A DNA stretch of 64,000 nt from the NCBI GenBank assembly GCA_002269645.1, contig NIVC01000621.1, positions 444,752 through 508,751 of the forward strand. The letters run 5' to 3'. Each line of letters starts with the position of its first letter. Position 1 is the first letter of the stretch. The DNA is from Macrostomum lignano (taxonomy: Eukaryota). The notes under the pieces were generated by a model. The model was not told where the DNA came from. It saw nothing but the letters and a program-made list of their open reading frames with translations, and did not search any database. The translations under genes and the position numbers were made by a program. Shown here one piece after another: positions 10,449-23,800 of the stretch.

Positions 10449-13400
10449 TTACGATGGACTGTTGGAGTTGTGCCTGCTGCCCGAGGGCTTCTCCGCAGAG
10501 TCTGCTGCAACCTGTTGCTGCTTCTGCTGCTGTGGAACAACAGCAACAGAAGACAACAGACGCTTAACCGGCTCCGGCTTTGATTGGTTGGCCTCTTTAA
10601 CAACGCTAGCTTCTTCTCCTTTTCCAGTGGCAAGCGCCACTTTCTCGCCGGCAGCTTCCGCTTCCTTCAGGGCCCGTTCGACATCCTCACGCAGCTGGCG
10701 ATCTCGGTCGGCAATTTCGGCGTCAATCTGTCTGGCGCTAAGCTCGCGCCGGCGCCTGGCGCGATCGCAGAATTGGCGCGGTCGATAATAGAGCCGATAG
10801 GGATGCGAGTCGGCCAGGGTTCGAATCGAGCCGCGCAGTTGCTCAGTTGAACGGCGCCAAGCGTTGTGCGTTTCGACTAGTTGCATCTGCACGGGGGTAG
10901 GGAAGCGATGCTTGAATTTGAGTCAATCACGCAGGCTAGAAATCTAGAATAAACGTGTAAGGGTACCTGAAGGTCAAGAAGTAACTATGGGTCAATTTGG
11001 TCGGAACCAACGAGGAGCAAATTTAGGTTAAGAACCAACAAGAAATCAAGTGAGGTCAAGTAGCAACAAGGGGTCAAATGAGGTAAAATACTGATAAGGA
11101 TCATTTGATGTCAAAAACATAGAGGTCAACTGAGGTCAAGAAACAACAAGAGGTCAATTGAGGTCAATTGAGGTCAAGAAACAACAAGGGGTCAACTGAG
11201 GTCAAGAACCAACAAGAGGTCAACTGAGGTCAAGAAACAACAAGATGTCAATTGAGGTCAATTGAGGTCAAGAAACAACAAGGGGTCAACTGAGGTCAAG
11301 AACCAACAAGAGGTCAACTGAGGTCAAGAAACAACAAGATGTCAATTGAGGTCAAGAACCAACAAGAGGTCAATTGAGGTCAAGAAACAACAAGGGGTCA
11401 ACTGAGGTCAAGAAACAACAAGGAGTCAACTGAGGGCAAGAACCAACAAGAGGTCAACTGAGGTCAAGAATCAAGGGGTCAACTGAGGACAAAAATTAAA
11501 TGAGGTGCCAATTCGAGGTCAACAAACCAAGAGTAAAGTCGAGGTAAAGAACTATTGCGGTCTGTTTAAGGTCGAGAAAAAGAGGGCCATTTAAGATAAA
11601 GAACGCAAGTACGGAAGATCAAAGATTCAATTCAGGTAGGAAACTAACTACGCAAAAAATCGCACCTGAGTCTCCAAAGCCACAATCTCAGCTTGACGAC
11701 GCTTTTTCTCGCGAGCCAGCTCGGTTATATCGCGCTGCATCTGCTCCTGCTCCCGTTTGACGCTCTCCTCGATTCGCTGCTCCACCTCCCGCCTATGCTG
11801 GTAGCTCTCCTGACGTTCCCGATCCCGCTCTGCCGCGGTGAACTGTTTCAACGTGCCCAGCATAACGCCGAACATGCGTCGATTTCTAGCTTTGATTTCG
11901 CTATCCTCGGAGGCCGTCTGCTCTTTGATGGCGGCTCGGCGGGCGCGTTGAAATTCTTCTAGGGGAACTGTTGCTGTTGCTGCTGCTGCTGCTGGGCGGC
12001 TCTGTTCAGTAGAAAAAGTTATTAATAGATAAGAGCTTGCAAATATACTTAATTATAATATAATAGGTAAGTACTTTTCCACTGCAGTACGCCTGGTTTG
12101 AAGCCGGCTCTCATACAGTAACTGATTTTGGCGCCATCTCTGATATAGTAGCTGATTTTGGCGCCATCTCTGATATAGTAGCTTATTTTGGAGCCAACTC
12201 TAATACAGTAGCTGATTTTGGCGCCATCTCTGATGCAGTAGCTGATTTTGGCGCCAAATGTGATACAATAGTTGATTTTGGCGCCAAATGTGATACAATA
12301 GTTGATTCTGGCGCCAAATGTGATACAATAGTTGATTTTGGCGCCAAATCTGATACAATAGTTGATTTTGGCGCCAAATGTGATACAATAGTTGATTTTG
12401 GCGCCAAATCTGATACAATAGTTGATTTTGGCGCTAAATCTGATACAATAGTTGATTTTGAGCGCTAAATCTGATACAATTGTTGATTTTGGCGCCAAAT
12501 CTGATACAATAGTTGATGTTGGCGCCAGATCTGATACAATAGTTGATGTTGGCGCCAAATGTGATACAATAGTTGATTTTGGCGCCAGATCTGATACAAT
12601 AGTTGATGTTGGCGCCAAATCTGATACAATAGTTGATTTTAGCGCTAAATCTGATACAATAGTTGATTTTGGCACCAAATCTGATACAATAGTTGATTTT
12701 GGCACCAAATCTGATACAATAGTTGATTTTGGCGCCAAATCTGATACAATAGTTGATTTTGGCACCAAATCTGATACAATAGTTGATTTTAGCGCTAAAT
12801 CTGATACAATAGTTGATTTTGGCACCAAATCTGATACAATAGTTGATTTTGGCACCAAATCTGATACAATAGTTTATGTTGGCGCCAGATCTGATACAAT
12901 AGTTGATTTTGGCGCCAGATCTGATACAATAGTTGATTTTGGCACCAAATCTGATACAATAGTTGATTTTAGCGCTAAATCTGATACAATAGTTGATGTT
13001 GGCGCCAGATCTGATACAATAGTTGATGTTGGCGCCAGATCTGATACAATAGTTGATTTTGGCGCCAAATCTGATACAATAGTTGATTTTGGCACCAAAT
13101 CTGATACAATAGTTTATGTTGGCGCCAGATCTGATACAATAGTTGATTTTGGCGCCAGATCTGATACCATAGTTGATTTTGGCGCCAGATCTGATACAAT
13201 AGTTGATTTTGGCGCCAGATCTGATACAATAGTTGATTTAGGCGCCAGATCTGATACAATAGTTGATTTTGGCGCCAGATCTGATACAATAGTTGATTTA
13301 GGCGCCAGATCTGATACAATAGTTGATTTTGGCGCCAGATCTAATACAATAGTTGATTTTGGCACCAAATCTGATACAATAAGTAATTCATTGCAGTTCC

Positions 13401-16400
13401 TATAATACAGTATACAGTATATACCAGTGCAATAAATATTTTCATTGCTCACATATTCCTGCCTATTCGAAGGCACAGCAACACGCTGAAATACGCTGCC
13501 AGCAGTGTGACCGGCTCCATAGGCACGTTTAGCAGGTATACCCGATGCATCGATTGCTCCAGTGCCATTCTCTGAATCATGAATAGCTGCGCCGCGCCTG
13601 TTGTGGTGAAAAACATGAATAAATTAACAGTATAAATCCAATATAACCAGCTATATTTACAATGAAAAGTTTATATGAAATGGGAAAAAATAAATAAGAA
13701 ATTAGTAAAAAAACATTCAAAATTTAAAAGTAAAACTCAAAACATTAATATTCAAGTCTCTGAAGCTTTAATGTTCAACTTAGTTTATGAAACAATGAAA
13801 TACGAGTATAAGTCAATGTAAAAATTATAAAAAAAATTAATATATTTAAAATGCTAAATTCTAATGGAATGATTTATGAATATACTAAAAATGTATAAAC
13901 TAAAACACAACTTAGGATTTTTTGAAACCCACAATAAGTGACAAAACTAGATATAAACTCAGAGAGCTTCAGTAACATTTTAAGAAACAGGAGCCAGTGC
14001 ATACCCTGGCATACTTTAAGTGACAAGTTCACACAACTAGCAAGAGGAATTGCTGCCCATTCTGCAAATCCCCAGAGTAAGCACACAAGTACTCAGATAT
14101 GTATGTAGCCATGGACACAGACACACACACTCATAAAAAGTGTACAGTGCCTCCTACTTTATTTGTCATTAAGTACACTTCATTATACTTTAGGGGTTAG
14201 CCTTCAGATGCTATTAATTACACAATTAGACCCAAGCCAAGTTTCAAATTAAGCCCCAAATGACATGAAATTCAGCCAGGACTGCCAGCACATGAAAGCA
14301 CTTATGCTAGCCTACTTAGCTATGTCTTAATTTTAGTAACTTAAAAAATGTACATATACTAACAATATCATGCTTTTATCTGCAAAAAAATGATTTTTAA
14401 TGTCTAACTGATATTATTAGTTATCAAAAGTCAAAAAGATCAAATTTACCTTAATAATATATACATTCACATTGGTAAATTGTATATTATATATTCAAAT
14501 GTCAATTATTGATTGTTTTAATAGAGCTAGTTCTACACTTTTATTTTTATAAATATTTTTTAAAGATATTTTTTTAAATGCATAACATAAAAATTGCTAT
14601 TAATCAAATTTGTTGCTGTTTCCCAATTGTCTTATAAAAATGTTAATCAATTTGTAAAATATGAGGGGTGTCCCAAAAGTTCCTAGAATGTTTGCTCAAG
14701 CTTCTTAGTACATTGACCAATTTTTGTTTTGTGTCAAACTAAAGATAATTTATCAATGAAAAAACTTGTCCTTTGAATTTCTTTTTTATCTGATTTTGGT
14801 TATGAGTTTTACCAAGAAATTTGAATTTGTTTTCTACAGTTGAGGAAGCAATTTGATATATCTTTTCAAACAGCAAATGATAGTAGAACATGAATATATT
14901 TTTATCAAAGTGCATAAATTGTAGATGTCTCAGTTTGTTATTTATTAATTACTTTTTCAAGTCATTTTTGCACTTAATGATTTCAAATATTTCTATATAC
15001 AGGTACAAAAAGTATTGAATTTTTTAGATTGAATAAAAATGCAAGTAATTTTAAAGTATTTTTTAAATTTCTATGCATATCAGTACAGATTATTAAGCTT
15101 GATTACTGCAGAGAGCAGAGGGAATTACTTATTCACTGCAGTCACTTATTCTATCAAGTAATTTAATAATCTTTTATTATGTCTTATATTATATTTTATA
15201 CCAATACATTATTTTGCTTGTAATTTTTTGTAGTTTTAAAAAAATAAAAAATGAAAATTTTGATGAAAGTTGAATGACAAGAAAATAATATTTTACAAAA
15301 AAAATTAAAATTAAAAAATAAATTTTGATTTTTTGCAATCTTGCAAATGTTTTGTTAGATTGAATATCATATTTTGTTTTATTTTTTCATTTTTGTTATA
15401 TGATTGTCTATCAAATTGAGATTGAGACTTGAAAGTCTATGAGACTATGAGACCTCTAATCATTATTTAGTTATTCTATTTATAATAAAATGCTGCGGGC
15501 CACTGCTCTTTTATCAGTGAATCTCTGGATCCTACAAATAAGTAGAACTAGTAAAGATATTGAATAAAAGTTGGCATACAAGCAACTTTATTCTTGGCAT
15601 AAATTTCATTCCAGTGTATGCCTACCATGATGATCATGATCTAGACTATGGGGAAATACCATTGTATTTGAATTTTGAATATATATCAGTATATGTCACC
15701 TTTTGAACTATGGGGTCCCTATTGCATTTGGTATATAATCAAGATACATACAAGGGTCCCTAAAAATTGGTGCATATTCATGCCATATACAAGGCCAAGG
15801 GCCCAAGGGGTCCACAGTCCCATAATAATTTCCTACCAAGATTCCATAGCTGGGAAGGTGGCAGTTTTTGGTTAATTTTCCGGCGCAAATTGGACCTTTC
15901 TTTGGCACACATAGCCCATAGTCTGGATCATGTTGTTTACGCCGGAGATCTCTGGTGTAAATCTGGTTTGGGATCGGAGGCTGGCGTAAGTGCTTGGCAT
16001 AAGTATAGGCCAAAATGTGCCTTGGCGTAAGTGCTTGGCGTAAGTACATGGCATAAATCAAGTGGCGTAAATGTTGGCACAAATGAGATCATTCACGATT
16101 AAATGTATCACTATAGAACATTACACATTTGCGTTAATTATGTTAGTTAAAGAGCAGCATTAAAACAAAGTTCATTAAAATATTGCAGTTCGTATACATG
16201 AGATAGCAGAATATCTATTGTAGGATAGCAAACGTTTTTTAGCTTCAAGATGCTTATTTTGATTCTTGATTCAGAATTTGCAACTTGTGAGATTTTTAAA
16301 CAGTTGCAACTTCTGAATTTAATTAATCACCAATTAATTGTGAATCATCTATTCTATTCTATTCTATTCTATCCACAAGAATTGTGAGTGACCTTTTTTG

Positions 16401-17119
16401 GGTGGTGTAAGTCAGAGGGACCTTTTTTGGTTGGCGTAAGTCTGGCATAAGTGCCAAAAAATGTTGGATTTTTCCTCCGGCATAAGTCCAGCATGATCCG
16501 GACTATGGCACACAGCATACAAGGAAAAATTGAAAATGCTCTGGCGGCGCACATGGCGCATGGCGCTGAAAAAATATATAGTTACAATTCATTATACTTT
16601 GCAAAATACATAGTGTCAGGCCTAATTCCATAATTCGTAAAATAAAATGTTATACTATCAAAGAGTACTAAATTATGTAAATCATGATATAAAATACATA
16701 AATGAAATTCAAATTTGTCTACTGTAAATTCAAATTTGTTTACCAGTGAATTATTAATTCACTGGTGCAGCACAAAATCTTTTCTTCACGGCGCACAGCG
16801 CACCCGCACAGTGCTCAAAAGCCATCAAAATAGTTCCGGCGCACACTGTGCCACCTTCCTAACTATGGCCAAGATTTGCCTATTAAGATTTGCCTGATAA
16901 GGTATGACTTAAATATTAATAAACAAAGAACACAAAATGAAAAACAAATAAGTAAACGGCTCAAATTCTAGAGTTATCAATAATATCTTACTTTCTATCT
17001 TGCAGCTTCTTTTTGGATTGACCATGTAACTTTTCTAATGACTCTGTTGCTTCTTTAAACTTTGATCTTGCATCAGCAAGATTTGACTGAATCTGTTGAA
17101 GAAGATTTTCTGACATCAT
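10449..17119 (-). CDS. PNN: Pinin (pinin/SDK/memA domain), 4 exons, 348 aa
   Basis: Exons 17119-16992, 13597-13453, 12001-11666 and 10886-10449 total 1047 nt; GT-AG with phases 2,0,0. N-terminal coiled coil LQQIQSNLADARSKFKEATESLEKLHG, GIPAKR, and the hallmark RNRRMFGVMLGTLKQF...RREVEQRIE...IRT..HPYRLYYRP. Confidence 0.9.
11040..11480. repeat. ~28-bp degenerate minisatellite (gaggtcaactgaggtcaagaaacaacaa) in pinin intron 3
   Basis: Tandem copies. Confidence 0.85.
12110..13380. repeat. 30-bp minisatellite with palindromic GGCGCC core (agttgattttggcgccaaatctgatacaat) filling pinin intron 2
   Basis: About 42 copies with an exact 30-bp period; explains the ORFs at 12049-13476. Confidence 0.97.
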
Positions 17120-17821
17120 TTATTCAAGCAGTATGAACAAAGAATGAATATGTAGGCCTATTAAGAAGAGAATATAAATTTAAGATGTGATGATTGTTGG
17201 TTGTTAATGCAATTTATTTGCTATATATAAACAAACAAAAGGTCCAGGACGAATTTAATACTCTAAAAAGTATAGCAATTTCGTCTGATGACTTGTCCTA
17301 CGAGGTGAAAAATAAACTAATTTATTTGCAACAAACGGCACACGTTAGAAAGAATGAGTAAGAGAAGAACTTGTGCTTTCCAGGAAAATTGCAACTATTT
17401 AATAAAAATCAAAAATCAAATTACACCTATATTTGTTAACATTTATAACGCAAAGGTTAAACTAAAATCATACACGTACTGCAAAATGTGTAGGTAAATA
17501 TATGGCAAGATTTTGTTTTTAGAAACAGCCTCATTTTCACAAAAATATCTGCTTAAAGCTAATAAGTTGAGTATACTTTTATTTAATTTTAGCAACTGGC
17601 CGAGAATTCTTGATACGAAGTAAAGCCGCAGCTACTATAGCGTTTGTAATCTACTGATTCTATAGTTTTAGTCTTATATTTTTGGACTAAGACAGTCTTG
17701 CTGTGTTTTAAATACGGAGCCCTAAGGCTGAAAGAATTTTTAAAACTTATCAATTGCTTTTGTTGACAAAACTAGGCCTACAGCATAGGCTAGTGGAATT
17801 GAGCCTTGAGGCTTAGCTAAC
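17120..17821. promoter_or_regulatory. Shared divergent upstream region between PNN (-) and DNAJC8 (+)
   Basis: Start codons at 17119 (-) and 17822 (+) are about 700 bp apart, head-to-head. No promoter motif was confirmed. Confidence 0.55.
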
Positions 17822-20800
17822 ATGGCCGAATCTCAACCAGTTTCTGAGTCATTTCAGAAGTTTTATGAAGAGGTAAGCAGTTTTTACTTCTATATTAGCC
17901 TACCTATTACCTAGCCACTTTTAATTTTGAGTTTTAGGTATGCCTAAGTGGCCTAGACTAGACCAGATTGCCAATGATGTAGGCCATATTTTCTGAGCAT
18001 ATTGAATAAAAAGTTTTATCATGATCCCCAAAGTTTCATGCACCTAATTGTTACCATTCTCTCGCTGTCGCATTTTATCTCAACAACGTCTATGACTCAA
18101 TAAAGCTATAAATTTGAATGCAATAAAGCTATAAAATAAATTTATTTCAGTTTAAAAAGTAAAAACATAATATAGAAGCACAAATTATCTATGTATAGCC
18201 TTCTCTTTAATAAAATTATTTGTTAAAATTTTAATTACAATTGCAACTTTGAACTCAAATAAAAATAGTAAAAAAGCTTTTGTAATAAGCTATATTTATT
18301 AACTTTGAATTTCCTATATTAATTAGTAAATTTTAATGCTGTAATATTTTCAACAATTTTCTTAATGGTTTTTTTGTTTATTACTTTGTTACTATTGACA
18401 ATGTATACTTTATAAAGTTTGTTTGCAATAAATACTATATTCAATATAAGTTTAACATTAAAACAATTAAATGTATACAAATTCCTATAAGGATTGAAAA
18501 TCACATGGGGAAATCCAAAAATCGGGGGCAAGTTTTATGAAAATTCGTTTTTTGGCAATTTGAAAGCAATAAAGCTATAAAATAAATTTATTCAAGTTTT
18601 TAAAAAGTAAAAAAGTCTATTAAAGCACAAATTATTTTCGTATAGCTTTATTTTTAATAAAATGATTTGTTAAAACGGTAAGTTTAATTACGACCTAAAA
18701 TGAGTCTAATGAAAATGATTGAAAAGCTATAATAATGTATTTTATTAACTTTAACTATCTTATAATGTTACACTCTATAATTCTACAACATATTTAACAT
18801 TATTTTAAGGTTTTATTTGTTTATCACTTTCCTTACTCTTGACAACGTGTATTTTGTAGAGTTCGTTTGCAATAAATTGTATTCAACGTAAGTTTATTAT
18901 TTAAACATACAAATTCCCGTAAGGATTGGAAAATTGCATTTTACTCAGCTTCTACTGAAGCGATTTGGAAAATTCTTTTTTTCCTGCATACACGCCGCGA
19001 TGATACATGTTTTAGTGTAATTTCATTGTTCTTCGTCGCTTAATAAGCATACAGTAAGCATCTGATTTGGAAGCCGGGTAACACATTGGAATTCCCATAA
19101 GGATTGGAAAATTGCATTTTACTCAGCTTCTACTGAAGCGATTTGGAAAATTCTTTTTTCCTGCATACACGCCGCGATGATACATGTTTTAGTGTAATTT
19201 CATTGTTCTTCGTCGCTTAATAAGCATACAGTAAGCATCTGATTTGGAAGCCGGGTAACACATTGGAATTCCCATAAGGATTGGAAAATTGCATTTTACT
19301 CAGCTTCTACTGAAGCGATTTGGAAAATTCTTTTTTTCCTGCATACACGCCGCGATGATACATGTTTTAGTGTAATTTCATTGTTCTTCGTCGCTTAATA
19401 AGCATACAGTAAGCATCTGATTTGGATGCCGGGTTCACATTTTGTGGTACCATTTTTTACCCAAAATTTTTAAGTCTAAATATAGGCATATTACAAATAC
19501 TAATACTATGCAAGTTGATATTTAAATGAAAGAAAACAACTTAAAGATTATTTTGCAACAAGGAATTAGCGATATATTTACTTTTAGAAAAAGATGTTTG
19601 CTGGCAAACTTTGCACTTTATATTAGTATGAATTTTTGCGAGTTTATATGGTTTTAGAAAAACTTTGAAATCCTTAGAAATACTTCATCTTTTTAAATTG
19701 AATAAAAAGTAAAACACAGATTACTTTCTGTTTTGTAAGTAGTAAAAAAATTAGCCTTCTCTAAGGCCTACAAGTCTTAAAATTAATTGTTTAATAATGA
19801 AAAAAAGTGAAACAAAAAATTGCAAATCGGTCAACTCGGACTTTCAAAATGCTTTTTTGTGGTTTTTTCTTATTTATTCAACAATATAAAGCATGAAAAC
19901 AATAGTTTTTATCCAGAACTATTTTCTAAAGACCTATCTATCTTTCAAAAACCTTTTTTAGATACATTACTTTCCATCGAATGTCCGCAGATTTGTTTTA
20001 CCGTTTTATCCCACGTTTTTGGATTTCGCCACATTTTACCTAGCTTCTATATAATATAAGCAATTCAAAAAATATTTTTTTGTCTGCATACATGCTATGT
20101 CCTATGATAAAAATGTTTATGGCAAAATTAAAAAACATGGGATAAAATGGTGAAACAAATCTGCGGACTTTCAATGGTAGGTAATGTATATAAAAAAGCT
20201 TTTTTGAAAGACAGATAAGTCTTTACAAAATACTTTTGGATAAAAAAACTATTGTTTTCATGCTTTATATCGCTCAATATATATATAAGGAAAAAACTAC
20301 AAAAAGCATTTTAAAAGTCTAAGTTGAAATTCAGAATTTTTTGTTTAACTTTTTTAATAATAAACAATTAATTTTAAGACTTTTAGATTACAGAGAAGTC
20401 TAATTTTTCAATACTTACGAAACAAAAAGTAATCTGTGTTTTACTTTTTATTTTATATTTTATGCCAGCAAACATCTTTCTCTAAAAGTAAATATACCAC
20501 TTATTCCTTGTTGCAAAATTATCTTTAAGTTGTTTTTTTTCATTTAAATATCAACTTGCATAGTATTAGTGTATGTAATATGCCTATATTTAGACTTAAA
20601 AATTTCAAGTAAAAATTGCATCACAAAATGTGAACCTGGCATCCAAATCAAATGTTTCCTGTAGGCTTATGAGGTGACAAAGAACAATAAAATTACACTT
20701 AAATATGTATTATTGCGGCATGTACTCGGGAAAAAGGGATTTTCCAAATTGCTTCAATAGAGGCTAAGTAAAAAGTAATTTTCTGATCCTTACGGGAATT

Positions 20801-23800
20801 TATATGCTTTTAATAAACTTATGGTTAAGACAATATTGCAAACAAACTCTACAAAATACATGTTGTCAATAGTAACGAAAGTGATAAACAAATAAACCCT
20901 TAAAAAGAATGTTAAATATTTTGTAGCATTATCATACATGCGCAACAGTTGGCTGAGTCGGCCGATCTGGCCGACCGATTTGGCAACCAACCAAGGAAGT
21001 CACAAAAATGCCCACCCAAAAAATACCAAAGTCGTAGTACTAAGTAGCTAACAAGGCATTTTGACTAAATAAGACAGTCATAGTTACTCCTGCCGTTTAC
21101 CCAAAGTTGCGTTAAGAGTTTTTCTATCATTTTTATTATAGTCATTTTAGGTCGTAATTAAATGTACCATTTTAACAAATTATTTTATAAAAAATAAGGC
21201 CATACATGAATAATTTGTGCTTTTAAAGATCTTTCTAACTTTTTAAAACTTAAATCAATTTATTTTATAGCTTTTTTGCTTTTAAATCACCAAAAAATGA
21301 ATGTTCAAAAAAACTTGCCCCCTATTTTTGGATTTTGCCTTGTGTAATTTCATTGTTCTTTGTCGCTTAATAAGCATATAGGAAGCATTTGATTTGAAGC
21401 CAGGTAACACATAGGAATTCCTATTAGGATTGGAAAATCTCTACCTATAAAAATCAATTGAATTATATTTAGCTTCTACTAAAGCAATTCAAAAAATTCT
21501 TTTTTCTTGCAAAAATACACTTTTTAGTGCAATTGTGTGGCATTTTAATGCTTATTAAGCTCAAAAATAACAGTTAAAATAGAAGCTGGACAACATATTT
21601 GTAGTATCATTTTTTGACCAAAAATTGCAAATCCTAAATATCAGCCCTTTAGGACCACTTATACCATACAAGTTGATATTTAAATATAAAAAGACATTCT
21701 AAAGTTTTTATTGCAAAAAGATTTGGGCAATATACTTACTTCTGGAGAGAGATATTTTGTTGCAAAAGTAGCTTGTAGGATTAGTTTAGTCAGTTTTGAA
21801 AGTTTGTATGGTTTAGAAAAATTGAAATTTCTCTTGAAATCCTTTTAAAAAATCAAAAAATAAAACAACACTTAAATGTCCTGTGCATCAAATAAAGCAA
21901 AAATCAGTGTCTTTTACAAGCTCACAACTTTATATTTTATTTTTATCTTAGAAAAAATTGAACAAAAAATTGCAAAAACCTAAACATGGACTTTAAAAAA
22001 AATTTCTTTGTGGCTTTTCTTCATGAAATTTAGTTTGGTGAGGCATAAAAACAACAAATTTATATCAACTCTTTTTAAAGACTTACCTGCCTTTTAAAAT
22101 GCATTTTTGATACATAGCCTTGCATTGAAAGTTTGGAAATTTGTTATAATACCATTATATCCCACATTTTTGGATTTTGCCATATAGAAAACTTGACCTT
22201 AAAGACCTTTAGTAGTATACGATATTGTCTAGTACCCTAGTAAGGACTCTAGTGAGATTTTAAAGTTTAAAAATTTTTTAGGATATTTATCTGATAGTAG
22301 ACAATAACAGAATTACCAAAAAAGCCTTAGTTATTATTTTGGTTTAGTGATAAACAAGTTATAGCATTATTTGTCCAAAAAATAGATAGGAAAAAGACAT
22401 TACAGACATTACACCCCATAAGCAATGGGGTGGAGCGTGAGCTAAGAGTACTGTGAGCAGAGCCATGCCTATTTTTCTCTCTCTCTCCCTTTGTTATGTA
22501 CTTGGCACTTTTGAAATTCTACCAGACTGTTTTGACCCACCTTTGGACTGTACAGTTTGTTTTGCTTAAATATATTGGTGCTGAAAATTAAGGTTATTTG
22601 AATTTGCCCTGATGACATCTTGTGTTTGACAAAACGCATTGGCTAGAAAGAAAAATTTTATTTTATGTTTTTGTTGACATTTATTTTGTTAGATTTACCT
22701 ACTATTTGTTAGACGAGCTACACTTCTACTTTTTGACAAAAATGCAACTTACATGTAAAAGAAACCCTAAAGCAAAATTAACACAATTTTGGATAAATGG
22801 CAAAATTAACTAACTTTATTATTAAAGCTAAATGCTTCATCATCTAATTAATAGTACATCTATATTCTTTGAGGTGGACATTTTGTCCACATTTTTACCC
22901 TTGGTTCACCACAATTTATGATGGCCAGGTTGGCCAGCAGTTGAGCATGTATGCTTTCTAGCATCTAGACTACTATGCATGTATAATACTAATAAGTCTA
23001 ATATTCATATATTTTTTAACAAATACAAGTCTAATACATATGAATATATTGTGACTACTGCCCTTTTGAATTTTGCCTTTTGATTTTCACCTTTTTAATG
23101 TGTTGCCCTTTTGATCTATAGTCTTATTCTAGCATATATGCCTAGACTTCTAGACTAGATAATATAGTTAGTGCTGCCACAGCTGTGCAAATTTGAATGT
23201 TCTGCACAAATGTGCAAATACTGTGCAAGACCCTCAATTTCTGCCCAAATCAGACTTTTTGGATTGTTGACAAACTGGCAGTAGCAAAATGTTCAATTCC
23301 GCTTCAAATGATAATACATTGATACTTCACTTGTCAGTTATGGCTACTCTTTGCAACTGAATTTCTTCATTTGTTTCTTCATTTTACTAACAACAATCAG
23401 CTTAGGTTTTTACCTGCGCAAAAAAAATAATTTTGTTGTGAGTGGCAGCACTGGATGTAGCTAAATTTTGATCAAAAACTTTTGAAAACATATATGCTCA
23501 TATTAAAAGCTAAATTGATAATTTTATGCAACTTACAAAGAAAATAAAAAATAAGACAATAAATAAAAATTTCTAAAAAATAGATGCTTTTTGTTTTTGA
23601 GAAATTATATTTTAAAAAGGTTGGTATAAAAACAAGCAAAAAACTGAATTTTCATTTTGGTATACTCTTGCAATGTCAATGATCTAGAACATTATATGTC
23701 AATTTGTCAAATCTGAAAATTCTGTATGCCAACCAAGATTCTCGGTAAGGAGCAACAAAAAAATTAAAATTTTCTAGCATAGACCCTATATAGATGGCTT

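Noticed and set aside
14130-15010. Possible Tc1/mariner ends (tacagtgcctcc at ~14133, gaggggtgtcccaaaag at ~14663)
   Set aside because: No matching partner inverted repeat could be found by eye.
17262-17325. Hammerhead-like CTGATGA...GAAA with an upstream gacgaa/ttcgtc helix
   Set aside because: No NUH cleavage triplet, extra bases between stem II and GAAA, and no stem III.
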